This document shows positions 9,458 through 17,569 of a DNA stretch of 32,000 nt, in pieces (the first letter of the stretch is position 1; each line of letters starts with the position of its first letter). Made by a program: the position numbers and the translations under genes. Under the pieces are notes generated by a model. It was not told the origin of the DNA. It ran no database searches and was given only the letters and a program-made list of their open reading frames with translations. The DNA is from Pasteurella multocida (lineage in GTDB: Bacteria; Pseudomonadota; Gammaproteobacteria; Enterobacterales; Pasteurellaceae), in NCBI RefSeq assembly GCF_900187275.1, contig NZ_LT906458.1:810001-842000 (forward strand), in the 5' to 3' direction.

Positions 9458-9473
9458 GCTCGTTTATATCGTG

Positions 9474-10244
9474 TTATTTCACTGAGAAACCGTAGCTGAC
9501 AAGTACTTTTTTCGCTTCTGCTGATTCTAAATAGTTTAAGAATTCGCGGGTTTCTGCATTATCGCGATCTTTTAATAAGGCGACTGGATATTCCACCGCT
9601 TTGTAAGTATCCGCAGGGAACACACCAACAATTTTCACCCCTTTGCTCACTTTACCATCTGTGCTATACACAATACCTAATGGCGCCTCAGCACGTTCAA
9701 CTAAAGCTAAAGCGGCACGCACATCTTTACCACGTGCTAATTTTGCTTCCACTTTATCCCACAATTTTAAGTTTGTTAACGCTTCTTTCGCATATTGTCC
9801 CGCTGGCACATGATCAGGATCGCCCACAGACAAGAAACTGTCTTTTAATTCGGCTACCCATTCACCTTTCGCTACATCGACTTCTTTTAATTGACTGGCT
9901 TCTGGCGCAATTAAAACCAATTCGTTACCAACTAACACTTTTTCGGTGTCTTTAATGGTTAATCCTTTATCTGAAAGGTGTTTCATCCATTTAGTGTTTG
10001 CTGAAACAAAAATATCGACGGGAGCCCCCTCTTCAATTTGTTTTGCAAGCGTTGAAGAAGACGCAAAAGAAAACACCAATTCTTGATCTGGTTTCACTTT
10101 TTTATAATCTTCTGCAATTTGGTTTAATGCATTAGTCATTGATGCAGCAGCAAATACCGTTACTTTCGCTTGCGCAGAAAGCGAAAATGCTAAACAAGCA
10201 GTTGCGAGTGAAACGGTGATCATTTTTAATTTAAGCATAGTCAT
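9474..10244 (-). CDS. modA: Periplasmic molybdate-binding protein ModA, 256 aa
   Basis: The signal peptide ends ...SLSAQA. ModA-like motifs are present (VFAAASMTNAL, DIFVSANTKWM, GDPDHVPAGQYAKEAL). Confidence 0.93.
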   Translation of the reverse strand: MTMLKLKMITVSLATACLAFSLSAQAKVTVFAAASMTNALNQIAEDYKKVKPDQELVFSFASSSTLAKQIEEGAPVDIFVSANTKWMKHLSDKGLTIKDTEKVLVGNELVLIAPEASQLKEVDVAKGEWVAELKDSFLSVGDPDHVPAGQYAKEALTNLKLWDKVEAKLARGKDVRAALALVERAEAPLGIVYSTDGKVSKGVKIVGVFPADTYKAVEYPVALLKDRDNAETREFLNYLESAEAKKVLVSYGFSVK

Positions 10245-10284
10245 TTACCTTGTTAACGAGATGGATTGATTAAGATGTAAACTT

Positions 10285-10301
10285 TATATAAAAAATTATA
10301 C
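10285..10301 (-). promoter_or_regulatory. Candidate ModE operator in the modA upstream region
   Basis: The plus strand reads TATAT-aaaaaat-TATAC, compared with the published E. coli-type pattern TATAT-N7-TAYAT. It lies 41-57 nt upstream of the modA ATG. The context is AT-rich, so specificity is low. Confidence 0.3.
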
Positions 10302-10316
10302 AATGTTTTAACAGAA

Positions 10317-10340
10317 AAAGGCTATATAAAAAATACACTT
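10317..10340. repeat. Direct repeat copy A (aaaggctatAtaaaaaatacactt)
   Basis: It is 23/24 identical to 13347-13370, offset exactly 3030 bp. The two copies bracket the ZnuD-like gene together with its terminator and promoter. Confidence 0.85.
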
Positions 10341-10365
10341 GCGCAAAAATAAACCCATCACAAAA

Positions 10366-10374
10366 AAGTGCGGT
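10366..10374 (+). repeat. Hin-type uptake signal sequence core
   Basis: AAGTGCGGT, left arm of the inverted USS pair. Confidence 0.9.
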
Positions 10375-10380
10375 TTTTTG

Positions 10381-10389
10381 ACCGCACTT
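10381..10389 (-). repeat. Hin-type uptake signal sequence core
   Basis: ACCGCACTT, right arm of the inverted USS pair. Confidence 0.9.
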
Positions 10390-10405
10390 TTTCATCACAA
10401 TGATA

Positions 10406-13057
10406 TTAGAATTTTACCCCAAAATTCAGCACATAATTGCGTCCCATTTGTGGCACATAAGGTAAATAAGAGGTGTGAACATAAACACGTTGGTTTAATA
10501 CATTATTGACACTGAAACCGACAGAATAGTCTAAATGCCCAATTTGACGTTGATAATTTACACCTATATTTAACAAATGATGCCCTTTACTCGGATCTTC
10601 TTGAATTTTTTCTATTTTAGCAGGTAACTTTTCATTTTCTTCTCTTAAACGAATCGCTTCCAGCGCACTTTCAAAATCTTCCCTATCAGAAGCACTTAAA
10701 TCTGCGATAGCTTTATCCGTACGATTATATTTGTCGCGGTCAATACCCTTTAACAATAAATTTTCACCTGTATCATCATCAATAAAATCACTCGCTTCTA
10801 ACGCTCTCGGCGGTTTAATTGATAAAGAAGAGGCAGTTTTTTGTTGAGAAAAGACATAAGTGTAATCCGCAAAGAAAGATAAATGTTCCGTTACATTGCC
10901 ACTCAGGCGCATACCTAAACGTGCGGGTGGCACACGAGGCGCATCACGCTCATTACGTTTAATGCCTTCAATACGGTAAGGTTGTTTTTCCCAATTTGCT
11001 TGAATCAGTCCTTCCTCATCATAAGCAATATAGCCTTGATAAAAACGTTGTCCGTATTGCTCTGGTAAATCAAACAAACGTCCTCTGACATAATCACCAA
11101 ATAAGGTCACTTGATAATCTGGTGTTGGTCTAAAATTAAGTTCCGCTTCAATACCATGGAATTTAGCTCGTGCTTGCGTGTAACGACGTAAAAACGCATT
11201 ACCATAGCGAGCAAGATCTTCGTTATAAATATAATTTCTAAATTTATTTTGATACAGGCTAAGCTTGTAATCCCATTTATCAGTATGATAAGCAAAGCCT
11301 AACTCAATATTATTGGAACTTTCTTTACGTAAATTTTTATTACCATGCTCAAAAGAGTTAGTCGCTAAATGTTGCCCGTGATAATACAATTCCATGGGTG
11401 TTGGCAAACGTTCATTGCGAGATAGCGTTAAACCAATACGATAATTAGGATGAAATAACCAGTCTACACTTCCCAAGTATGAAACGGCTTTCTCTTTGTG
11501 AGTGGACAAATCAGGTGGATGATCACCTTATTTTTTATGCGCATTCAACACATGTTGATCATATTTAATCGGAATGCGTTGTTTATCCACGCGCGCCCCT
11601 ACTTCAAAAATAAAATCATCTACCACATAATTTTCCACTGCAAAGAAACTGGCTTGTTTCTGGGTATTTGGCACTAAATGATGTTGATGTTTTATCCCTG
11701 AGCCTAACGGTGCAAGAATGGCTGTTTTGTATTCGCTATACTGTACACCGAATACCCCACTTAAGCCTACAATCGGGGTATGATAAAACTCCAGTTTGCC
11801 ATTATAGCCACTGTTTTTATAAATACCGGCGGCTTTCCCGCGGTTTTTCTCTGCTTTCTTACGCTCACGTTCAATAAAGCTATCCCGATCAAATTTATCC
11901 GTTCCAGCTTGTCCTGAATGATATTCATAATGAATATAATCGGCATAAGAAAAACTGCCTTTTACTTTATCTAACCATGCTGTTGGTGAATCCCATTGCC
12001 CACGTAAATCAAATCGTCTTGAATGTAATCTAACCCAAGGACCACCATGAGAATGGTCATGCTCATGACCAAATGGGTGATCATGGCTATGAGAAGGATC
12101 ATTATCAATACCACCAATACATCCATCTAAGTGTGCAAACACAATATCTGTATCATCTGCTAAATGTGGATAAGGTGTCAGATATCCTTTACCAAGCTCA
12201 GGTCTTGCCGCTTCATCAACCACATGGCTTTTACAGCGATCATATTTATGATTATGACCAGGCAAACCATAGCGATCGCGTCGTTCACTATAAGATACCC
12301 CTAGATAAGATTGATCCTTAATCCAAGAAACACCAATGGTTCCCACTTGTGAGCGGTTATGACTGTCTGGCAAATAACGAATCGTTTCACCACCTGATTT
12401 GAAAGCTGGTACACGATAATGAGTCGAATAACGTTTTAAGCCTTCCAAACGTAAGGCAAGATGAGGATGTAATCTAAAAGTGATCCCTGCGGTTCCAGTA
12501 CTTTCCTGACTTGCTGTATCAAAACGGGTGAAAATTTCACCTTCATAGCCCTTTTCAGGTACAGCTGTTGGAATACGTTTGTCCACGACATTCACCACAC
12601 CGGCGGCAGAAGCACTAGAATATAACAAAGTGGAGGCACCACGTACTAATTCTACTTGTTCGGCTAATAAGCTATCGGCGGCAACAGCATGATCCGGCGA
12701 AATCGCTGACATATCCACGACATCTAAGCCATTTTGCAAAATTTTAATACGTACACCTTCTTGTCCTCGGATAATTGGCGCACTTGCCCCACCACCAAAA
12801 GGGTTGGAATGCACACCTAATTCACCTGCTAAGGCATTGCCTAAGGTGGCAGATTGTTTTTGCAGCCGTTCTTTTTTAATCACCTGATTGGAAATCGCTT
12901 GATAATGCTCTATCGCTGAACCAGCTAAGTGCGGTTGTGCACCACTGACTACAATTTCATCAAGCATTTCCGTTTGAGCATAAATCACATGAGTAAAAGC
13001 GACGGCACTCCAAGGTAATAAATAAGTTATTTGTTTAATTAATTTATTTGTAACCAC
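10406..13057 (-). pseudogene. znuD: ZnuD-like TonB-dependent zinc receptor interrupted by one in-frame TAA (the ORF track splits it into 548-aa and 367-aa pieces)
   Basis: Both pieces are in the same frame (13174 and 11509 are congruent mod 3). The read-through is ...LNAHKK*GDHPPDLSTHKEK. Plug motifs GGGASAPIIRGQ and ISPDHAV are present, along with the His cluster HSHDHPFGHEHDHSHGG and a C-terminal ...NFGVKF. The sequence is colinear with my recollection of Neisseria ZnuD across the stop. The start is uncertain (GTG 13057 proposed, ATG 13111 and 13174 possible). Confidence 0.85.
12927..12935 (+). repeat. Hin-type uptake signal sequence core
   Basis: AAGTGCGGT inside the ZnuD-like gene. Confidence 0.9.
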
Positions 13058-13100
13058 TTTTGTTTCCACATCTTTTTTTACATAAAAAAATAAGGTGCTA

Positions 13101-13131
13101 AGATTAAGCATGAAAATGTTATTTTGCAACA
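13101..13131 (-). promoter_or_regulatory. Candidate sigma70 promoter with an overlapping Zur box for the ZnuD-like gene
   Basis: On the minus strand the promoter is TTGCAA (13124-13129), a 17-nt spacer, then TAATCT (13101-13106). TGTTAT-TTT-GCAACA (13117-13131) matches the neisserial Zur pattern TGTTATDNHATAACA at 13/15. Confidence 0.5.
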
Positions 13132-13215
13132 AAAAAATCCATTTTTTGTATAAAAAATATAAAATACTGACCATATCTTTTTTATTAGAAAATATCTTAT
13201 CCGCTTATTCCTTCT

Positions 13216-13238
13216 CCGTTATATCAGCTTGATATCCG
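13216..13238. promoter_or_regulatory. Imperfect palindrome with ModE-operator-like half sites
   Basis: ccgTTATATCAgctTGATATccg has 6-bp arms (ATATCA/TGATAT) with flanking CG. It resembles CGnTATAT...ATATAnCG-type ModE sites and lies between the znuD-like promoter and modE. Confidence 0.3.
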
Positions 13239-13346
13239 CAGCTCTCTTCCTCTCATAACCAATAAACATGCCACCTCTCCCAAGCAAGACATCGCCAATA
13301 CTGGTGCTTAACATAACTTCTTACTCATGCACATAATTTGGTAAAG

Positions 13347-13370
13347 AAAGGCTATCTAAAAAATACACTT
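13347..13370. repeat. Direct repeat copy B (aaaggctatCtaaaaaatacactt)
   Basis: It is 23/24 identical to 10317-10340 and lies 53-76 nt upstream of the modE ATG (13423). Confidence 0.85.
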
Positions 13371-13422
13371 TCACTTAGAATGTAAGCGTATTGTCAGCAT
13401 TGAACTCAATATGGGAGGAAAC

Positions 13423-14214
13423 ATGACATTAACGAGTGAAATTTTGCTCACAATAAAATTGCAACAGCAATTATTTGTTGATCCAAAAAGAATTCGCTTA
13501 TTAAAAGAAATTCAGAAATGTGGTTCCATTAACCAAGCTGCTAAAAATGCCAAAGTCAGCTACAAAAGTGCATGGGATCATTTAGCCGCTATGAATGAAA
13601 TCAGCCCCAAACCTTTACTTGAACGTAATGTGGGGGGAAAAAATGGCGGTGGTACCGAATTAACGGTGTATGCACAACGTTTATTACAGCTGTATGATTT
13701 GCTCGAACATACTCAACAAAAAGCCTTTCATATCTTACAAGATGAAAACTTACCTTTAGATAGCGTACTGCATGCGACTGCCCGCTTTTCCTTACAAAGT
13801 AGTGCGAGAAACCAATTCTTTGGAGATATTGTTGCACTACGCCATGAAAATATCCATTGCTTTGTGGCGATTCAAATTAAAGGATTAGCACAGCCATTAA
13901 CCGTTTCGATCACAGAAAAAAGTGCGCAGCGTCTGAAACTCACGTTAGGCAAAGAAGTGATGATGATGATCAAAGCACCGTGGGTCAAAGTACATCGTGA
14001 AAAACCAGAGGGAGTCAACACCTTCTTGGTCAATGTAAAAGAAATCACGGATAAAGGAGATGTGGAAGAAGTCATTTTAACCTCTATCAACAAACACGCT
14101 GATGAAGATGTGGAATTTTGTGCCACACTCAATAAAGCAGAAAATTTGAAACCAGATGAACAAATTTGGATCAGTATTGATCCCGAACAAGTGATCTTAG
14201 CAACATTGTATTAA
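13423..14214 (+). CDS. modE: Molybdate-responsive transcriptional regulator ModE, 263 aa
   Basis: The N-terminal HTH region (ILLTIKLQQQLF...SYKSAWDHL...GGKNGGGTELT) is colinear with E. coli ModE. Two C-terminal Mop/TOBE repeats contain SARNQF. I placed the start at ATG 13423, which is preceded by gggagga. Confidence 0.9.
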   Translation: MTLTSEILLTIKLQQQLFVDPKRIRLLKEIQKCGSINQAAKNAKVSYKSAWDHLAAMNEISPKPLLERNVGGKNGGGTELTVYAQRLLQLYDLLEHTQQKAFHILQDENLPLDSVLHATARFSLQSSARNQFFGDIVALRHENIHCFVAIQIKGLAQPLTVSITEKSAQRLKLTLGKEVMMMIKAPWVKVHREKPEGVNTFLVNVKEITDKGDVEEVILTSINKHADEDVEFCATLNKAENLKPDEQIWISIDPEQVILATLY

Positions 14215-14223
14215 ATACAAAAA

Positions 14224-14245
14224 TAAGGGGATATATATCCCCTTA
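14224..14245. terminator. Palindromic hairpin between convergent modE and yfbR
   Basis: taaggggatat|atatcccctta is a perfect 22-nt palindrome flanked by A-rich sequence upstream. Confidence 0.6.
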
Positions 14246-14255
14246 ACTGTACAAA

Positions 14256-14855
14256 TTAAAGTGTAATTTCATCAATAGGTTTACCAAAACTGGGAATAAA
14301 TACCTCAATAAAATAGCGCATTTCATCACTATGCCAGGTTTTCATTAATGTCTCTAGACGTGCCTTGGCCGCTTTAAATTCTTGATTGCCATTTTCTAAT
14401 TCAAATTGCGCTTTGACATAAGCACAAATAAGATCTGCTTGCTTGACGACATGCTTTTCTTGCGCAGAAAACTGGGTTGAATCAAGGTAAGGGGCAAAAT
14501 CAGCTTGTAACTCTTTGGGTAATAACGCCAATAAATGAGCTTCTGCGGCATTTTCAATTTCTTTATATGCTTGTGTAATTTTGGGGTTGAAATATTTAAT
14601 GGGGGTAGGTAAATCACCAGTAAAAATTTCTGAGGTATCATGATACATCGCCATCACAGCAATACGATCAGGATTTAAATGACCTTGATAAAATTTATTT
14701 TTAATGACAGCCAAGGCATGTGCTACAAAAGCAACTTGTAGGCTATGTTCTGCCAAATTTTCCTTTTCAATATTACGCATTAAAGACCAACGTTGGATCA
14801 AACGTAAGCGATCTAAACAAGCAAAAAAATGACTTATTTTAATAACGGCTTGCAC
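14256..14855 (-). CDS. yfbR: 5'-deoxynucleotidase YfbR (HD-domain phosphohydrolase), 199 aa
   Basis: The sequence is colinear with E. coli YfbR (RWSLMRN...ENLAEHSLQVA...MYHDTSEIFTGDLPTPIKYF). The start is GTG at 14855, 19 nt downstream of the degS stop. Confidence 0.85.
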   Translation of the reverse strand: MQAVIKISHFFACLDRLRLIQRWSLMRNIEKENLAEHSLQVAFVAHALAVIKNKFYQGHLNPDRIAVMAMYHDTSEIFTGDLPTPIKYFNPKITQAYKEIENAAEAHLLALLPKELQADFAPYLDSTQFSAQEKHVVKQADLICAYVKAQFELENGNQEFKAAKARLETLMKTWHSDEMRYFIEVFIPSFGKPIDEITL

Positions 14856-14874
14856 AATAACTCTCTTCTTGTTT

Positions 14875-15903
14875 TTAATTTAACGGATATTCTTCGATGA
14901 TCACAGGAAGTTCAATAATTTTTCCTAAACGAGAAATGACCACATTCAATTGAGTATTAGGTCGCGTATTGCTGATCACTTGCATCATTTGCGCGGGTGA
15001 AATGGCATCAACATCACCCACTTTTAAAATAATATCGCCGGCTTTCACGCCTGCCTTACCTGCTGGTCCCTCTGGATTAACATTGGTAATCAAAATCCCT
15101 TTTTCCAAATGGGCGCCTTGACCATTATTAAATAAAATATCACTTTGTACACCAAAGTAACCACGAATGACTCGTCCATCACGAATAATTTTTTTCATCA
15201 CATCATTCGCCAATTCAATCGGGATTGCAAAATTTAGCCCTTCGGCAATTTCACCGGCGGTTTTACCAATACTTAGGGTATTGATACCTATTAATTCTCC
15301 TACGCTATTAATTAACGCGCCACCTGAATTGCCACGGTTAATCGAAGCATCCGTTTGAATAAAGTTTTGTCGCCCAACAGAATCCCCCACCGCATTACGT
15401 CCAATTGCACTAATAATTCCTTGCGAAACGCTTTGCCCCAAGTTATAGGGATTCCCAATCGCCAACGCCACATCACCAACATGCATTTGTCGTTGCGGAT
15501 TTTGTGGAATCGTCGATAAATTATCCGCACGAATTTTAAGAACAGCAAGATCCGTCAAAGTATCAGAACCAATTAAACTGGCATCGAAAAGTTGCCCATT
15601 TTGTAATGCGACCACAATTTGATCGGCGTTTTGAATAACGTGTTTATTTGTCAAAATATAACCATCTTTTGACATAATCACGCCTGATCCTAAATTGCCC
15701 ACTTCTAATTGCTCGGCACTATTCGCCGAAAAAGAACGATTATAGACATTCACTACAGCTGGGGAGGCAACTCGCACAGCGTCTTTAAAGCTCATCGGTT
15801 CTGGTGCTTTGAGTAAGCTAAATTGGTTAACGTGTGAAAATACCAGAATCACTGCGGCACACACTAACCCAATCATCACTGAATGAAAAAGTTTTTTGAT
15901 CAT
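14875..15903 (-). CDS. degS: Membrane-anchored periplasmic serine endoprotease DegS (HtrA family, single PDZ), 342 aa
   Basis: There is an N-terminal TM anchor, a catalytic triad context (TNKHVI, DLAVLKI, GNSGGAL) and one PDZ domain. The size fits DegS rather than DegP/DegQ. Confidence 0.88.
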   Translation of the reverse strand: MIKKLFHSVMIGLVCAAVILVFSHVNQFSLLKAPEPMSFKDAVRVASPAVVNVYNRSFSANSAEQLEVGNLGSGVIMSKDGYILTNKHVIQNADQIVVALQNGQLFDASLIGSDTLTDLAVLKIRADNLSTIPQNPQRQMHVGDVALAIGNPYNLGQSVSQGIISAIGRNAVGDSVGRQNFIQTDASINRGNSGGALINSVGELIGINTLSIGKTAGEIAEGLNFAIPIELANDVMKKIIRDGRVIRGYFGVQSDILFNNGQGAHLEKGILITNVNPEGPAGKAGVKAGDIILKVGDVDAISPAQMMQVISNTRPNTQLNVVISRLGKIIELPVIIEEYPLN

Positions 15904-17030
15904 GTTGGCTCCGTAATTCGTGGGTGGTAAATCGTTTTCAGATCATCGCCGAGTTTCTCAATGGAATGCAATTGCCATAAACTTGCCTCAGCCAAGGTGC
16001 TTAAATGAGGTAATTTACATAATCCTCGTGCGGCATCACCTAATAATTTCGGTGCAATGTAAATGATCAATTCATCCACTAATTTTGCCTCAATTAATGC
16101 ACCAGCCAATGTCGCACCGGCTTCAATCCAAAGCGTATTGATTTGACGTTGTCCTAATTCTGCCATTAAATCAGCTAAAGCGTTGGTAGAAGCGGAAAGC
16201 TGTATTTGTTCGCAATGTGCAGGAAACTCAAGTAACGAACGCGCAGTTTGACTCACTAACCACACTGGCGAAGACAGACTGAAAAGTCGGTGTGAGGGTT
16301 GAACTCGATGTTGAGAATCTAAAATCACTCGCACAGGTTGACGTAGCTGCGCTTGTGTATAATCGGCTTTCACCTTGTCAGGTAATTGTTGCCAGCGTAC
16401 ATTTAATAAGGGATCATCAGCTAACACCGTTGCACTGGTGGATAAAATCGCTGAGGCTTTGGCTCGTTCTGCTTGCACATCTGCACGAGCAAGCTCACCG
16501 GTAATCCACTTACTTTCCCCGTTTGCCATCGCGGTTCTTCCATCTAAACTCATAGCCATTTTTAGCTGTACGTAAGGTCTGCCAGTACGCATACGTTTAA
16601 GAAAACCACGATTAAGCCACTCCGCCTTTTCAGCTAATAAACCGACCGCACTTTCGATCCCCGCATCAGATAACATGCGTAATCCTCGACCTGCCACTTG
16701 CGGATTGGGATCGCACATCGCACTCACGACTTTCACTACACCAGCATCGATCAAACCTTGGGCACAAGGGGGAGTACGTCCAACATGTGAGCACGGTTCT
16801 AACGTCACATAAGCGGTTGCACCTCGTGCATTTTCTCCCGCCTCTCGCAATGCCATAACTTCAGCATGCGCCTCGCCTGCTTTAACATGAAAGCCACGTC
16901 CAACAATAATACCGTCTTTCACTAATACGCAACCCACTGAGGGGTTCGGTGTAGTAGTAAATTGCCCTTTCTCCGCTAACTCTAATGCCATTTGCATGTA
17001 CACTACATCTTGTGCCGTAAATGTCATCAT
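15900..17030 (-). CDS. ribD: Bifunctional riboflavin biosynthesis protein RibD (pyrimidine deaminase / uracil reductase), 376 aa
   Basis: The deaminase zinc motifs HAEVMAL and TLEPCSHVGRTPPC are present, followed by a C-terminal reductase domain. The gene overlaps degS by ATGA. Confidence 0.93.
   Translation of the reverse strand: MMTFTAQDVVYMQMALELAEKGQFTTTPNPSVGCVLVKDGIIVGRGFHVKAGEAHAEVMALREAGENARGATAYVTLEPCSHVGRTPPCAQGLIDAGVVKVVSAMCDPNPQVAGRGLRMLSDAGIESAVGLLAEKAEWLNRGFLKRMRTGRPYVQLKMAMSLDGRTAMANGESKWITGELARADVQAERAKASAILSTSATVLADDPLLNVRWQQLPDKVKADYTQAQLRQPVRVILDSQHRVQPSHRLFSLSSPVWLVSQTARSLLEFPAHCEQIQLSASTNALADLMAELGQRQINTLWIEAGATLAGALIEAKLVDELIIYIAPKLLGDAARGLCKLPHLSTLAEASLWQLHSIEKLGDDLKTIYHPRITEPT
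16645..16653 (-). repeat. Hin-type uptake signal sequence core
   Basis: ACCGCACTT inside ribD. Confidence 0.9.
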
Positions 17031-17479
17031 TAATCCCTTAATTTTTCAATTTCTTTACTAAATTGGTTAATATCATCGAAACTTAAATACACTGACGCAA
17101 AACGAATATAAGCCACTTTATCCAATTTTTTCAGCTCTTCCATGACTAACGTCCCAACTAATTTGCTTGGTACTTCACGTTCACCCGTACTGCGTAAACG
17201 ATGAATAATATAGCTAATCGCCTTTTCCACATCGTTCTCACTTACCGGGCGTTTTTCTAACGCATGCTGAATGCCACGACGTAATTTTTCCTCATTAAAG
17301 GGTTCACGTGTGCCATCATTTTTAATCACTTTGGGAATAATTAACTCTGCCGTTTCAAAGGTGGTAAAGCGCTCATGGCAATTTCCACATTCACGACGAC
17401 GTCTTACTTGATAGCCTTCTGACACCAAACGGCTATCGATCACTTTCGTTTCTTCCGTAGAGCAAAAAGGGCAATGCAT
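17030..17479 (-). CDS. nrdR: Transcriptional repressor NrdR, 149 aa
   Basis: The protein has an N-terminal zinc ribbon ([17 protein letters not shown] ... [12 protein letters not shown]) and an ATP-cone. Its stop overlaps the ribD start (TAATG). Confidence 0.95.
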   Translation of the reverse strand: MHCPFCSTEETKVIDSRLVSEGYQVRRRRECGNCHERFTTFETAELIIPKVIKNDGTREPFNEEKLRRGIQHALEKRPVSENDVEKAISYIIHRLRSTGEREVPSKLVGTLVMEELKKLDKVAYIRFASVYLSFDDINQFSKEIEKLRD

Positions 17480-17569
17480 AACGTTTCCTTATCCTTCGTA
17501 AAGTCACTCATCATAATGCATCTCATCTTAACAAAGATTCTGAATATTGACGACGAATTATTTTGTTAT

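Larger units (their letters stand above)
10363..10392. terminator. Inverted USS pair forming the terminator after the ZnuD-like gene
   Basis: aaaaagtgcggt/tttttg/accgcacttttt forms a perfect 12-bp stem with A/T runs on both sides, 14 nt after the stop. Confidence 0.8.

Noticed and set aside
11510-11530. Recoding (selenocysteine or programmed read-through) at the stop inside the ZnuD-like gene
   Set aside because: The codon is TAA, not TGA. No SECIS-like hairpin follows it, and outer-membrane receptors have no precedent for this. A plain nonsense mutation or a sequencing error is more parsimonious.
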